A stretch of 64,000 bases of DNA from an uncultured Dehalococcoidia bacterium (GCA_964578255.1 CAZOCC010000035.1:6262-70261), one strand, 5' to 3'; shown: positions 47,727 to 57,504, counted from the stretch's first letter. Notes: generated by a model from the letters alone, not told the origin. A program made the numbers and translations.

Positions 47727-49091
47727 TCACCCGATTAGAGGTTGGCCATGCAGTTTTTGAGAAAGGGTTTCTATGAGATTGGGGATTGGCACCCGGATTT
47801 GAGTCATAGTATCTCTATCACGAATAGTAACGGAGTCATCTTCTTCTATGGTTTGGAAATCGATAGTCACTGCCAACGGTGTACCTATTTCATCTTGACG
47901 CCTGTATCTTCTTCCTATGGACTGAGAATCGTCAAATTGTGTTACGAATTGTTCTTTCAAAGAGTAATATATATCTCTGGATTTTTGGAGTAATTTGTCA
48001 TTCCGACTTAAGGGGAGTACAGCGACTTTCACAGGTGCTAAATCTGGGTGCAGATGTAGGACTGTACGGGTTTCGCGAGATCCTGGATCGGGTTCTTCAT
48101 GATATGCATCTACTAGGAATGCTAGCGTCGATCTGTCTGCTCCACCAGAAGGTTCCAAAACGTACGGTATGTAACGCTCCTGAATTTCATCGTCGAAATA
48201 TGTCATGTCTTGACCGCTATGATCTTGGTGTTGTCGTAGGTCAAAGTCAGTGCGATTAGCGATTCCTTCGAGCTCTGACCAACCCCATGGAAATTTATAT
48301 TCAACATCGTAACAATCTTTTGCGTAATGGGCGAGTTCGTCTTTGCCGTGTTGTCGTTTTCTTAGATTTTCTGCCTGGATGCCGAGTTTTAGATACCAAT
48401 CGAATCTCTGGTCTAGCCAGTGAAGATGCCATTGTTCATCAGTCTTTTTCCCCTTCCTATTTGCTATTTCTGGGGGTTCTACAAAAAATTCTACTTCCAT
48501 CTGTTCGAATTCTCTTGTTCTGAACACGAAGTTACCCGGAGTGATCTCGTTTCTGAACGACTTGCCTATTTGTGCAATACCAAAAGGGAGTCTAGCACGA
48601 CTTGAGGTAACAACGTTTCTGAAATTTACAAAGATTCCCTGAGCTGTCTCTGGTCTCATCCAGACTTGATGACTGGAATCCTCTGCGGGTCCGAGAAAAG
48701 TTTTTAGCATTAGATTAAACATACGAGGTACTGTGAATTCGCCACCACAGTCAGGGCAAACCTCATTATCTAAATGATCTGGCCGAAATCTATGATGACA
48801 ACTTTTGCATTCTACTAACGGATCTGTGAAGCCATCAGCATGGCCGCTAGCTACCCATGCTTGTGGATGCATGAGTATAGCAGCATCAAGGCCAACAACA
48901 TCATCTCTAGTGTGCACGACAGACCGCCACCACGCGTTCTTGACATTACGTTTTAATTCGACACCCATGGGGCCATAGTCCCAAGTGCTAGCAAGACCAC
49001 CATATATTTCGCTTGATTGGAAGATAAACCCCCTTCTCTTACAAAGCGATACGATCTTTTCCATATTTTTCTCATCCGGGTTTCCAGCCAA
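47727..49091 (-). CDS. glyQS: glycine--tRNA ligase (homodimeric class II, GlyQS type)
   Basis: 454 aa with KRRGFIFQSSEIYGG, class II motifs, and a C-terminal anticodon-binding domain. Confidence 0.93.
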   Translation of the reverse strand: MAGNPDEKNMEKIVSLCKRRGFIFQSSEIYGGLASTWDYGPMGVELKRNVKNAWWRSVVHTRDDVVGLDAAILMHPQAWVASGHADGFTDPLVECKSCHHRFRPDHLDNEVCPDCGGEFTVPRMFNLMLKTFLGPAEDSSHQVWMRPETAQGIFVNFRNVVTSSRARLPFGIAQIGKSFRNEITPGNFVFRTREFEQMEVEFFVEPPEIANRKGKKTDEQWHLHWLDQRFDWYLKLGIQAENLRKRQHGKDELAHYAKDCYDVEYKFPWGWSELEGIANRTDFDLRQHQDHSGQDMTYFDDEIQERYIPYVLEPSGGADRSTLAFLVDAYHEEPDPGSRETRTVLHLHPDLAPVKVAVLPLSRNDKLLQKSRDIYYSLKEQFVTQFDDSQSIGRRYRRQDEIGTPLAVTIDFQTIEEDDSVTIRDRDTMTQIRVPIPNLIETLSQKLHGQPLIG

Positions 49092-49218
49092 TACCTTCCT
49101 CCATGTTAGTTACTGATCCATTCTGGAAAGTGTACAACACTAGGCATATAATATGAAACCCTTAGGTGTCTGGAACTGTGCGAGTATCTGTCAATTATAT
49201 TGATGCGAAGGAGATGAG

Positions 49219-49848
49219 ATGATAATTCACAGGATAGTTATTGGTTCTATCATGGAAAATGCTTACATTCTTGGTGCTGTGGGCTCGAAAGATTGTGTTG
49301 TGATAGATCCTGGAGGTAATCCAGACGTTATATTGGAGCAGGTGGATATTCTGGGATTTAACGTGAGTATGATACTGAATACCCATGGGCATGCTGATCA
49401 TATAGGAGGTGTGTCTGGTATCAAGAGAGTTAGTGGGGCTACCTATGCCATTCATAACAAAGAAGCTTCAATATTGCAATCCGACAATAGATGGGCGGTC
49501 AATATTATGCCTGGATTCGAAGATCCACCCATACCAGACATATGGCTTGGCGATAACAATAAAGACATTACATTGGAAGATTTCAGCATCACTATTATTG
49601 AGACTGGAGGGCATACCCCTGGAGGAGTTTGTTTTTATGCAGATGGTGCGGTATTTACTGGGGATACGCTGTTTAGGGGCAGCATAGGGAGGTATGATCT
49701 ACCTGGAGGGGATGGGGAGTTGTTAGTACGGAATATTCATCAAAAGCTGTTGACATTACCAGGAGACACCAGAGTGTTGCCAGGGCATGGCCCAGAATCT
49801 ACAATCATTTGGGAGAAAACTACTAACCCATACCTGACTGGCGTATAA
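49219..49848 (+). CDS. MBL-fold metallo-hydrolase (hydroxyacylglutathione hydrolase-like)
   Basis: 209 aa with THGHADHIGG and TGGHTPGG motifs. AAGGAG SD. Confidence 0.85.
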   Translation: MIIHRIVIGSIMENAYILGAVGSKDCVVIDPGGNPDVILEQVDILGFNVSMILNTHGHADHIGGVSGIKRVSGATYAIHNKEASILQSDNRWAVNIMPGFEDPPIPDIWLGDNNKDITLEDFSITIIETGGHTPGGVCFYADGAVFTGDTLFRGSIGRYDLPGGDGELLVRNIHQKLLTLPGDTRVLPGHGPESTIIWEKTTNPYLTGV

Positions 49849-49926
49849 GGCCGTAACAGCAACATTGCACTAGGATGTATCTAGTTAGTTCCTATAATAG
49901 ATGACTGGATTTACAAAATTATGCCA

Positions 49927-51957
49927 TTAAAATATCGGCGCAAATACCAGGGCTACAATTGACATTAACTTTATAAGGATGTTCAGGGCTGGCCCAGAAG
50001 TGTCTTTAAAGGGATCTCCGACAGTATCTCCAGTGACAGCAGCTTTATGAGTCTCTGATCCTTTGCCGTCGAAGTTTCCAGCTTCAATATACTTCTTGGC
50101 GTTATCCCAGGCCCCACCAGCGTTGGCCATAGTGACTGCTAGAAGGAATCCGGCTGATATGGCACCTATCAACATGCCCCCCAAGGCGTGTGGACCCAGT
50201 ATTAATCCCATAGCAATAGGCGCTATTACAGCCATGGCTCCTGGGAGTATCATTGCTCTTAGAGATCCGCGTGTACTTATATCTACACATCGTGCATAGT
50301 CTGGTCGCCCTGTGCCTTCCATGATTCCTGGTATTTCACTGAATTGACGTCTTACCTCATTGACTATAGCGTAAGCGGCTGTACCGACTGCCTGCATTGT
50401 TAATGCTGAGAAAACAAATGGCAGTAAACCACCTATGAATAGTCCTACAAGAACTTTATGGTCGAGTATATTTATGGATAGGTCTGATGCCTTAGTGGCA
50501 TCAGGAGTTATAGCAAAAGCATAGGCTGACAGAAGAGCCAGAGATGTCAGAGCTGCTGACCCTATAGCAAACCCTTTCCCAGTGGCAGCAGTAGTGTTAC
50601 CCAATGAGTCCAGAGCATCTGTACGTTCCCTGACTTCTGGCTCAAGGTGGGACTGTTCAGCTATGCCCCCTGCATTGTCGGCAACCGGTCCATAGGCATC
50701 TGTTGCCAAGGTTATACCAAGTGTTGACAACATACCCACTGCCGCGATTGCAACTCCGTATAATTCTGCAGCTGCAAATGCTACAAGGATGGATGTTACG
50801 ACTGCCACTACTGGCACTAATGTGCTTATCATGCCGGTTGCGAATCCACTTATTATGGTAGTCCCAGCCCCAGTTTGGGCAGATTCAGCGATTTTTTTAG
50901 TAGGTGAATACTCGTAGGATGTATAGTACTCAGTAGCGAATCCTATGACGTTTCCTGCTATTAGTCCAGTAACGATCGACAAGAATACGCCGGTCGCATT
51001 TTCTATATTCAGGAATTGTATTGCTCCATAGGATGCCACCAAAACCAATCCCGAAGAAATGTATATGCCACGTCGTAGCGCCCACAGCAATGTGCTCATA
51101 GAGGCTTCAGTACCAGTCCGCACGAAAAAAGTACCTACTATGGAACACAGGATACCAACAGATGCTATCAATAGAGGTAGTACTAGTTTAGGGGCATCGA
51201 ATTCCATAGCTGTTGCTGACGCTGCTGTTGCTATGGCTATGGTCGCTATTATTGAGGAAGCGTATGATTCGAACAAGTCTGAACCCATCCCTGCGACATC
51301 GCCTACGTTATCACCTACGTTGTCAGCGATTGTTGCTGGGTTCCGAGGATCGTCCTCTGGTATACCTGCTTCTACTTTACCTACTATGTCTGATCCTACA
51401 TCGGCAGCCTTGGTGAATATACCGCCACCAACTCTAGCGAATAGGGCTATGGTAGAAGCCCCGAATCCAAACCCAGCTACTACAGATATATCTTGAAATA
51501 CCAAGTACAAAGTTGATATACCAATGATTCCTATGCCTACTACCGTAACGCCCATTACTGCACCACTGTTAAATGCAACACGTAACCCAGGGTTTAGGCC
51601 ATTCATTGCTGCGGCTGCTGTTCGGGTGTTTGCTCTCACTGCGATGCTCATGCCTATATAACCCGTTAGAGCTGAACATATGGCCCCTGCTAAGTAAGAA
51701 ATAGCGGTTTCGGGTATAGACCTTTGTAACTGCATAGTGTCTATAAATACACCAATGACTACGCTAACTAATACCACAAAAACAGCCAATGTACGATATT
51801 CCCTAGTCAAAAAGGCAGAGGCACCCTCCTGTATAGCCTGGCCTATCTCCTTCATAGTGTCTGTGCCCTGATCCTCACTAAGGACTTTACGGGCCAATAG
51901 AGCTGAAAAAAGCAAGGCTAAGGTACCGGTCGTTAAAGCTATTATTATCGAATCCAC
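49927..51957 (-). CDS. hppA: membrane-bound ion-translocating pyrophosphatase, K+-dependent subtype
   Basis: 676 aa polytopic protein with the GDNVGD motifs. [10 protein letters not shown] carries Ala rather than Lys in GNTT(A/K), the published K+-dependence determinant. GTG start after GGGGG. Confidence 0.93.
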   Translation of the reverse strand: MDSIIIALTTGTLALLFSALLARKVLSEDQGTDTMKEIGQAIQEGASAFLTREYRTLAVFVVLVSVVIGVFIDTMQLQRSIPETAISYLAGAICSALTGYIGMSIAVRANTRTAAAAMNGLNPGLRVAFNSGAVMGVTVVGIGIIGISTLYLVFQDISVVAGFGFGASTIALFARVGGGIFTKAADVGSDIVGKVEAGIPEDDPRNPATIADNVGDNVGDVAGMGSDLFESYASSIIATIAIATAASATAMEFDAPKLVLPLLIASVGILCSIVGTFFVRTGTEASMSTLLWALRRGIYISSGLVLVASYGAIQFLNIENATGVFLSIVTGLIAGNVIGFATEYYTSYEYSPTKKIAESAQTGAGTTIISGFATGMISTLVPVVAVVTSILVAFAAAELYGVAIAAVGMLSTLGITLATDAYGPVADNAGGIAEQSHLEPEVRERTDALDSLGNTTAATGKGFAIGSAALTSLALLSAYAFAITPDATKASDLSINILDHKVLVGLFIGGLLPFVFSALTMQAVGTAAYAIVNEVRRQFSEIPGIMEGTGRPDYARCVDISTRGSLRAMILPGAMAVIAPIAMGLILGPHALGGMLIGAISAGFLLAVTMANAGGAWDNAKKYIEAGNFDGKGSETHKAAVTGDTVGDPFKDTSGPALNILIKLMSIVALVFAPIF

Positions 51958-52272
51958 TAATATACCCCCAATGATCTAGGTAGAGACACCTGATTGTTTA
52001 GGAATCATTCAAGAAGGCAATCTATCACTAAGGAGTTGGCTAGTCAAGTTTTTCTGGCCTAGGACAGTTTGAGCGTTACATTGTTCAGCTTTGAATCTAC
52101 ACTTAAAACAATCACGGGACTAGCAACAGTAAGTAATAGGTGCATGTAACGTAACAATGCGTGGTAAGGTATTGGGAGTAAAAGAATCTACGGCCCCAGC
52201 ACCGGATGAGAGAGTATAAAATAATCCCATTAGAAAAAGAAATTCTCAGTTCTTTCTAGTGACAATATTTTG

Positions 52273-52278
52273 TATAAT
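52273..52278 (+). promoter_or_regulatory. candidate -10 element upstream of the SelW-like gene
   Basis: TATAAT preceded by TG, about 53 nt upstream of ATG 52331. No good -35. Confidence 0.3.
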
Positions 52279-52330
52279 GGGACTAAATCTCTAATCCTAT
52301 TCCAATTCGCTTAGGAGGCATACACAAATT

Positions 52331-52594
52331 ATGGTATCAGAAAACACTAAGCTAGAAATCAAATACTGTATTGCTTGAGGATATTTACCGCAGGCCGCTT
52401 GGATAGCGGCCGAATTTTTCTCTGAGTTCCAGGCTAGGGTAGCAATCTCTATAACGCCAGTGGATGATGGTCGCCTGGAGGTGTATCTGGATGGGAAAAC
52501 CATCTTTGACCGTAAAGCCGAGGGTGGGAAATACCCTGATATGGAGCGCGTGCGGGAGATGAAAGCCTCGATAAGGAAAGCATTAATGAAATAA
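52331..52594 (+). CDS. SelW/Rdx-family CxxU protein (candidate selenoprotein, TGA 52376-52378)
   Basis: Hand translation gives MVSENTKLEIKYCIA[TGA]GYLPQAAWIAAEFFSEFQARVAISITPVDDGRLEVYLDGKTIFDRKAEGGKYPDMERVREMKASIRKALMK. AGGAGG upstream. Absent from the ORF track, which shows only an antisense ORF here. Confidence 0.75.
52393..52411 (+). other. candidate bacterial SECIS hairpin for the SelW-like TGA
   Basis: GGCCGC-UUGGAUA-GCGGCC, a perfect 6-bp GC-rich stem. It starts 14 nt after the UGA. The apical loop contains GG and begins 23 nt from the U of UGA. Confidence 0.5.
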
Positions 52595-52690
52595 AACCTT
52601 TGGTACTTGGCCAATTATGCGGTAGTTGGGAACAGATGGCATGATGAGATTGGTAAAGTCACCAAAGTACCTTAGGTAAGGTTTGATGGC

Positions 52691-52708
52691 AGACATAGGT
52701 CTATGTCT
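52691..52708. terminator. weak hairpin between convergent genes
   Basis: AGACATAG-GT-CTATGTCT. No adjacent T-run on either strand. Confidence 0.2.
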
Positions 52709-52757
52709 CACCAAGATGAGTACCAGTTCCCGTAACTAATGTGTGATTTCTTGCCTC

Positions 52758-53642
52758 CTAAGTGTTAACAAGTTTGTGATTCTCGTCCTGACTGGTATAC
52801 TTGGGCATAAATTTATTGTTGTTTAGAGAAAGTAACTGATAGATGCTCCATCCAAACGGTACATAACCCCCATAGCCCAATATCGGCATTTCAAATATGT
52901 GAAAGAAATCAAAGTAGGGTATATGGTAAACCCATTTTGGCGTGGCCCAATAATTCCAAAACTCCCACAGAATCCCACATAGCAAAGATCCAAGAGCCAC
53001 CAATATGGGCACGGCCAAATTGCGAGATGTCAGACATTGAGTGATAGTCTGGCCTCCCCTTATTCCAACTAATCCGTCAACTATCAAAAAAGGTGAAACC
53101 CAAACTAACGGGTAGCATAAATGTGGCCAAAAGAAAACACAGGCCTGACATATTAAACCAATATAAATTTGCACCCAAAAAATGTCATTAGAACTACTGG
53201 TATTTTTTACAGATCCAGATGATGTAGTCAGTCTATCTCCTAAAAATAATTTGAATGAAGCATCTAACGCCGGTAGTACTGTTGAATAAGCTATGGAGCT
53301 CATTACTATGTGTTGGTAAGGAGTATATGATTCCTCATTGACTATATACTCCCAATTACCCACCCATCCATTTACGAATTCAAACCACCACCATACCGGA
53401 ACTGAGATCAATAGCAGAGCAACATGTTTTCTAATGCCTGGATAACCCTTTGAAGTCAAGGCCCAAAGGACTATGGAGGCGCCAGTCCACATTAGGAAAA
53501 AGAATATATGATTCCAGGACGTATTGAGATTCCATAGTAACCACCAACCAGGAACCATTAACGACAAACCTGTTATTAATGGTATCAAGTTTAACTTCTT
53601 TAAAACAAACGTCATATGAAAATACTGGGGGCGTATTTGCAA
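52758..53642 (-). CDS. hypothetical Trp-rich polytopic membrane protein
   Basis: 294 aa, about 8 hydrophobic segments, many Trp (WWWFEFVNGWVGNWEY, WEFWNYWATPKW). Lies 24 nt downstream of aroB. TTG start, with alternative ATG 53615. Confidence 0.6.
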   Translation of the reverse strand: MQIRPQYFHMTFVLKKLNLIPLITGLSLMVPGWWLLWNLNTSWNHIFFFLMWTGASIVLWALTSKGYPGIRKHVALLLISVPVWWWFEFVNGWVGNWEYIVNEESYTPYQHIVMSSIAYSTVLPALDASFKLFLGDRLTTSSGSVKNTSSSNDIFWVQIYIGLICQACVFFWPHLCYPLVWVSPFLIVDGLVGIRGGQTITQCLTSRNLAVPILVALGSLLCGILWEFWNYWATPKWVYHIPYFDFFHIFEMPILGYGGYVPFGWSIYQLLSLNNNKFMPKYTSQDENHKLVNT

Positions 53643-53666
53643 CGGGTATAACAGATAGGTTATGAA

Positions 53667-54803
53667 TTAACTGCAGGTTTCTTTGACTACTGAAACAACT
53701 AACTCACCGGGAACTTCTCTGCTAGTCATTGCATCACCGATAGCGTTCAGTAGCACCCAACTTATTTGTCCGGATGCGGATTTTTTGTCCAATGACATAG
53801 CATCCAGCACCTTGTTGTGATCCACATCACTTATAGAGGTGGGTAATCCAAATTGCTCTAAAACGTTCGTGTATCTGTCTAACGCTTCACTATCAAGTAG
53901 GCCCATCCTTAGTCCTATTTTACCAGCGGCAACCATGCCAATAGATACGGCCTCGCCATGTAGCAAGGAGGAGTATCCTGTTGCAGCTTCTAGTGCATGC
54001 CCTACAGTATGCCCATAATTCAGTAATATACGTAGTCCTTCGGTTTCAGTTTCATCCTGGGCCACTATGTCACCTTTGATTTCCATGCTCCTACGTACCA
54101 CTTCAGCGGTTATACTAGGTTCTAGACGTAGAAGTTCTTTTATCTTATTTTCAAATATATGGAATAAAGACTCATCCAATATAAGTCCGTGCTTAATGGC
54201 CTCAGCCCATCCAGATGCTAACTCTCGCTTCGGAAGACTTTGCAAGTAATCCAGATCTGCCACAACCATCCGAGGCTGGTAAAAGGCCCCAACCAGATTC
54301 TTGCCAACTTCCAAGTTAACCCCTGTTTTGCCACCTATGGACGCATCCACCATAGCTGCCAAGGAAGTTGGCATCTGAACGAATCGGATTCCTCTCAAGA
54401 ATGTGGCCGAAACGAACCCTACGAGATCACCGATCATGCCACCTCCAACAGCCACAATCAAGTGCCCGCGTTCACACCGTTTCTCGGATAACCATCCATA
54501 CAGATCCTGCACCACTTTGAGAGTCTTATTGATCTCACCCGCAGGGATGGCTTTTGTATTGGTTTCGATACCCGCCTTGTTAAAACAATCCTCGATATAT
54601 GCACCATGCATATTTAGGACATTCGAATCACCTATTACGTACACTGGGCCGTCATAATTGATATATTTTATGCAGTCGCCAATCTTGTTAGTGAGGCCCC
54701 AGTCAACGTAGACAGGGTATGTTAGCGAGCGAGTTTTTACAACAAATGAAGGCATAGCGTGATCCCCATTTGTTGATATTGGAATACTTGTGTCAGGACT
54801 CAT
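53667..54803 (-). CDS. aroB: 3-dehydroquinate synthase
   Basis: 378 aa with GGGMIGDLVGFVSATFLRGI.FVQMPT and DASIGGKTGVNL motifs, plus His ligands (GHTVGHALE). Confidence 0.92.
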   Translation of the reverse strand: MSPDTSIPISTNGDHAMPSFVVKTRSLTYPVYVDWGLTNKIGDCIKYINYDGPVYVIGDSNVLNMHGAYIEDCFNKAGIETNTKAIPAGEINKTLKVVQDLYGWLSEKRCERGHLIVAVGGGMIGDLVGFVSATFLRGIRFVQMPTSLAAMVDASIGGKTGVNLEVGKNLVGAFYQPRMVVADLDYLQSLPKRELASGWAEAIKHGLILDESLFHIFENKIKELLRLEPSITAEVVRRSMEIKGDIVAQDETETEGLRILLNYGHTVGHALEAATGYSSLLHGEAVSIGMVAAGKIGLRMGLLDSEALDRYTNVLEQFGLPTSISDVDHNKVLDAMSLDKKSASGQISWVLLNAIGDAMTSREVPGELVVSVVKETCS

Positions 54804-54856
54804 CTATCATGCTCCTTAAAAAGCGATAAGGACAATTGACCTTAGCACAGATTGTC

Positions 54857-55393
54857 TTATTCAACTGAGGCACCCCATAATTCGATAGCAATCCTTGCGA
54901 CCTCATGAACTGTCAAATCGTCCGTATCTATCACATAGTTCGATAAGTCGTAAAATTGCTGTCTATTCAGCTTGAGTTCTGCTACCGTGCCTATAGGGTC
55001 GGGACCAGTCAGCAAAGGTCTCTCTTCAACCCCATTTATATCTTCGTCTAGTAGCTTTAACCTCTCTATTATGGTTGGTGGTCTGGCATCAAGGCAAATG
55101 ATCAGCCCTGATGAAGCCATTATATCGTAGTTTTGACGACTTAATATCGTACCTCCACCAGTAGATATGACAGAATCATTATGTAAACATGCCTGTTCAA
55201 TTGCCAGTGCCTCCAACATACGGAAATGTGGTTCACCCTTAGAGGCGAAAATTTCCGCCACAGATTCCCCGGTTGTCACAACAATGGCTGAGTCTATATC
55301 GATAAATTCAGTATTAGTCAGATCTGCTATAACGCGTCCAACGTGTGACTTTCCAGTTCCAGAAAATCCTGTCAGGATTAAATTACCACCCAT
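54857..55393 (-). CDS. aroK: shikimate kinase
   Basis: 178 aa. P-loop GFSGTGKSHVGR, followed by FIDIDS and STGGG motifs. Confidence 0.9.
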   Translation of the reverse strand: MGGNLILTGFSGTGKSHVGRVIADLTNTEFIDIDSAIVVTTGESVAEIFASKGEPHFRMLEALAIEQACLHNDSVISTGGGTILSRQNYDIMASSGLIICLDARPPTIIERLKLLDEDINGVEERPLLTGPDPIGTVAELKLNRQQFYDLSNYVIDTDDLTVHEVARIAIELWGASVE

Positions 55394-55503
55394 TTACTGC
55401 GCCCTCATAATCAACTATGTGCCCATTACTCTACTACACATGGCATGCATATATAAAGCCAGTAAATAGTAGCGCTGACGGTGTGATTGGTATCAGATCA
55501 ATC

Positions 55504-55532
55504 TTGTTATTTACTGATAGTGATGATATAAT
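55504..55532 (+). promoter_or_regulatory. candidate promoter of the nusA leader
   Basis: TTGTTA (55504-55509), 17-nt spacer, TATAAT (55527-55532). Confidence 0.45.
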
Positions 55533-55555
55533 TTGGCGGAAATAGCGTAGGAGTG

Positions 55556-55582
55556 AAAGTGGGTTGAGGCCCACTTTTTTCT
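55556..55582 (+). terminator. intrinsic terminator-like hairpin in the nusA leader
   Basis: AAAGTGGG-TTGAGG-CCCACTTT, followed by a run giving six consecutive T (55575-55580). Lies about 90 nt upstream of the nusA TTG. Confidence 0.6.
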
Positions 55583-55672
55583 ACTTTGCGCGTTTTGCGG
55601 TAGCACGGTTGACTGTGTTGTGTCCTGTAGGGATACACGATATATACTTGAATATGGAGGAGCGCAGAGAAA

Positions 55673-57196
55673 TTGAAAAGTGATTTTCTCATAGCGGTAA
55701 CCCAATTAGCAGCCGAACGTCACCTCCCTAGAGAGGCGGTAATATCAGCTATAGAAGCTGCCCTTGCTTCGGCATACAAAAAAGACAACATGCTCGCTGG
55801 TCAGGAGATTTCAGTGTCACTGAACCCGGCAAATGGCGAATTGAAACTATTCACACACAAAGTTGCAGTTGAGAGTGTGGAGGATTCACAGAGAGAAATC
55901 AGTATATCTGAGGCCAAAAAAATCCAGAAGTCTACTGCATTAGGTGAGACGGTGGCTGTTGAGAGTGACATACAAGGCACAGGTCGCATAGCCGCTCAAA
56001 TTGCTAAACAGGTTGTGCTCCAACGACTACGAGAAGCTGAGAGGGAGCTCGTGTACGAGGAGTTCATCGAAAAAGAGGGCGAAATAGCTACTGGGACCAT
56101 CCAGAGAATGGACCCCAGGAGTATTACTTTGGATCTCGGTCGTACTGAGGCAATACTGCCAGTTTCTGAGCAGGTAATAACTGAAAGATATAGACCAGGA
56201 CAAAAGGTCAAGGTTCATATATCGGAAGTAAGGCGTAGTATTAATGGGCCAGAGATAGTAGTTTCGAGATCTAGTAAGGACTTACTGCAGCGTTTATTTG
56301 AAGTAGAAGTCCCTGAAATACTGAATGGGATAGTGGAAATAAAAGCCGTGGCACGTGAAGCTGGCTCTCGGAGTAAAGTAGCTGTGCATTCTAGTCAACA
56401 CCGAGTAGATCCCGTAGGTTCCTGTGTGGGATTGAGGGGAATACGTATTCAGAATATAGTCAACGAATTACAAGGCGAGAAAATCGACGTGGTTCAATGG
56501 GATTCCGACCTACAGGTTTTCCTTGCCAATGCTCTAAGTCCTTGCCCGGTAACCCGGGTGGAATTAAACGCAAATGAGGAATCAGCTGTTGTGATTGTCC
56601 CAGATCACCAACTATCATTGGCTATAGGTAGGGAAGGTCAAAATGCACGTCTATGTGCAAAACTTTCTGGGCTGATGGTCAATATCAAGGGAGTGACTCA
56701 GGCTGAAGAAGAAAGACTCCTGCGAGGCGATCATCCCGCTGGAACCATGGATACAGATGCCGACTCATCAGAGCTGACTACTACAATTGACGAGGATGTG
56801 TCCGTAGAGTCCGTAGAGAGCGAGATGAAGGACCAAGAAGTGGCTGTGGTGCTCCAGTCAGACGATCTCTTATCTATAGAAGAACAATTGGCTGAAGCCA
56901 CCCTTGAGGTCGATCAGATATCTGCTAATGCTGATGAGCAAATAGAGGAGATAGGGCTAGCTGATATAGCTGAGACTGTTTGGACTACCCCGGCGGTCGC
57001 ACAGCAGCCTCAAACCATAAGATTTGCAGAGGATATCTTGGGTTCCAGGACAAATGCCCCGTCAGCCGGTAGAGGCAGGGGCAGACAGAATAAGTCTACT
57101 AGAGCTTCCGAAGAACTGACTCCAAAATCCACCAAACGAAATCGGCGTGTTGAATACGATATAGACGATGATGTGGAGGATGACCAACTAATCTGA
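55673..57196 (+). CDS. nusA: transcription termination/antitermination factor NusA
   Basis: 507 aa with an N-terminal domain, S1, two KH domains (GSCVGLRGIRIQNI, LAIGREGQNARL), and a long acidic C-terminal region. TTG start. Confidence 0.93.
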   Translation: MKSDFLIAVTQLAAERHLPREAVISAIEAALASAYKKDNMLAGQEISVSLNPANGELKLFTHKVAVESVEDSQREISISEAKKIQKSTALGETVAVESDIQGTGRIAAQIAKQVVLQRLREAERELVYEEFIEKEGEIATGTIQRMDPRSITLDLGRTEAILPVSEQVITERYRPGQKVKVHISEVRRSINGPEIVVSRSSKDLLQRLFEVEVPEILNGIVEIKAVAREAGSRSKVAVHSSQHRVDPVGSCVGLRGIRIQNIVNELQGEKIDVVQWDSDLQVFLANALSPCPVTRVELNANEESAVVIVPDHQLSLAIGREGQNARLCAKLSGLMVNIKGVTQAEEERLLRGDHPAGTMDTDADSSELTTTIDEDVSVESVESEMKDQEVAVVLQSDDLLSIEEQLAEATLEVDQISANADEQIEEIGLADIAETVWTTPAVAQQPQTIRFAEDILGSRTNAPSAGRGRGRQNKSTRASEELTPKSTKRNRRVEYDIDDDVEDDQLI

Positions 57197-57219
57197 TTTA
57201 GTAAGGGCAGGAGCGGGCG

Positions 57220-57504
57220 TTGAGCAGAGGACATATACCCCTCAGGACCTGCGTGTTCTGCAGAACTAAGGCGGAGAAACAAAAACTGTTGCGGTTATGC
57301 CGTAAGCCATCTGGAGAGATTGTTTTAGATCCGAACGGCGAGTTGCCAGGACGTGGATCATATTTATGTAATCGCAGGGCGTGCTGGCAAGGTGCTTTAG
57401 AGAAAAACAAGCTAGTTCATAGTTTGCGAGGATTCTTGTCTGAAGAAAACAAACAATTGTTATTGCAGGTTGGCATGAGTTTATCGACAACGGGTGCCGA
57501 ATAA
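57220..57504 (+). CDS. ylxR: YlxR/RnpM (DUF448) family RNA-binding protein
   Basis: 94 aa with the PLRTCVFCR...GRGSYLC motif. Canonical position between nusA and infB. Confidence 0.85.
   Translation: MSRGHIPLRTCVFCRTKAEKQKLLRLCRKPSGEIVLDPNGELPGRGSYLCNRRACWQGALEKNKLVHSLRGFLSEENKQLLLQVGMSLSTTGAE

Noticed and set aside
49092-49218. T-box leader upstream of glyQS
   Set aside because: The gap is only 127 nt and is shared with a divergent gene. That is too short for a T-box, and no T-box sequence is seen.
52297-52614. 105-aa minus-strand ORF in the ORF track
   Set aside because: It is antisense to the SelW-like CxxU reading frame, which has an SD, a family-typical sequence along its whole length, and a SECIS-like hairpin. 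The antisense product has no recognisable motif.
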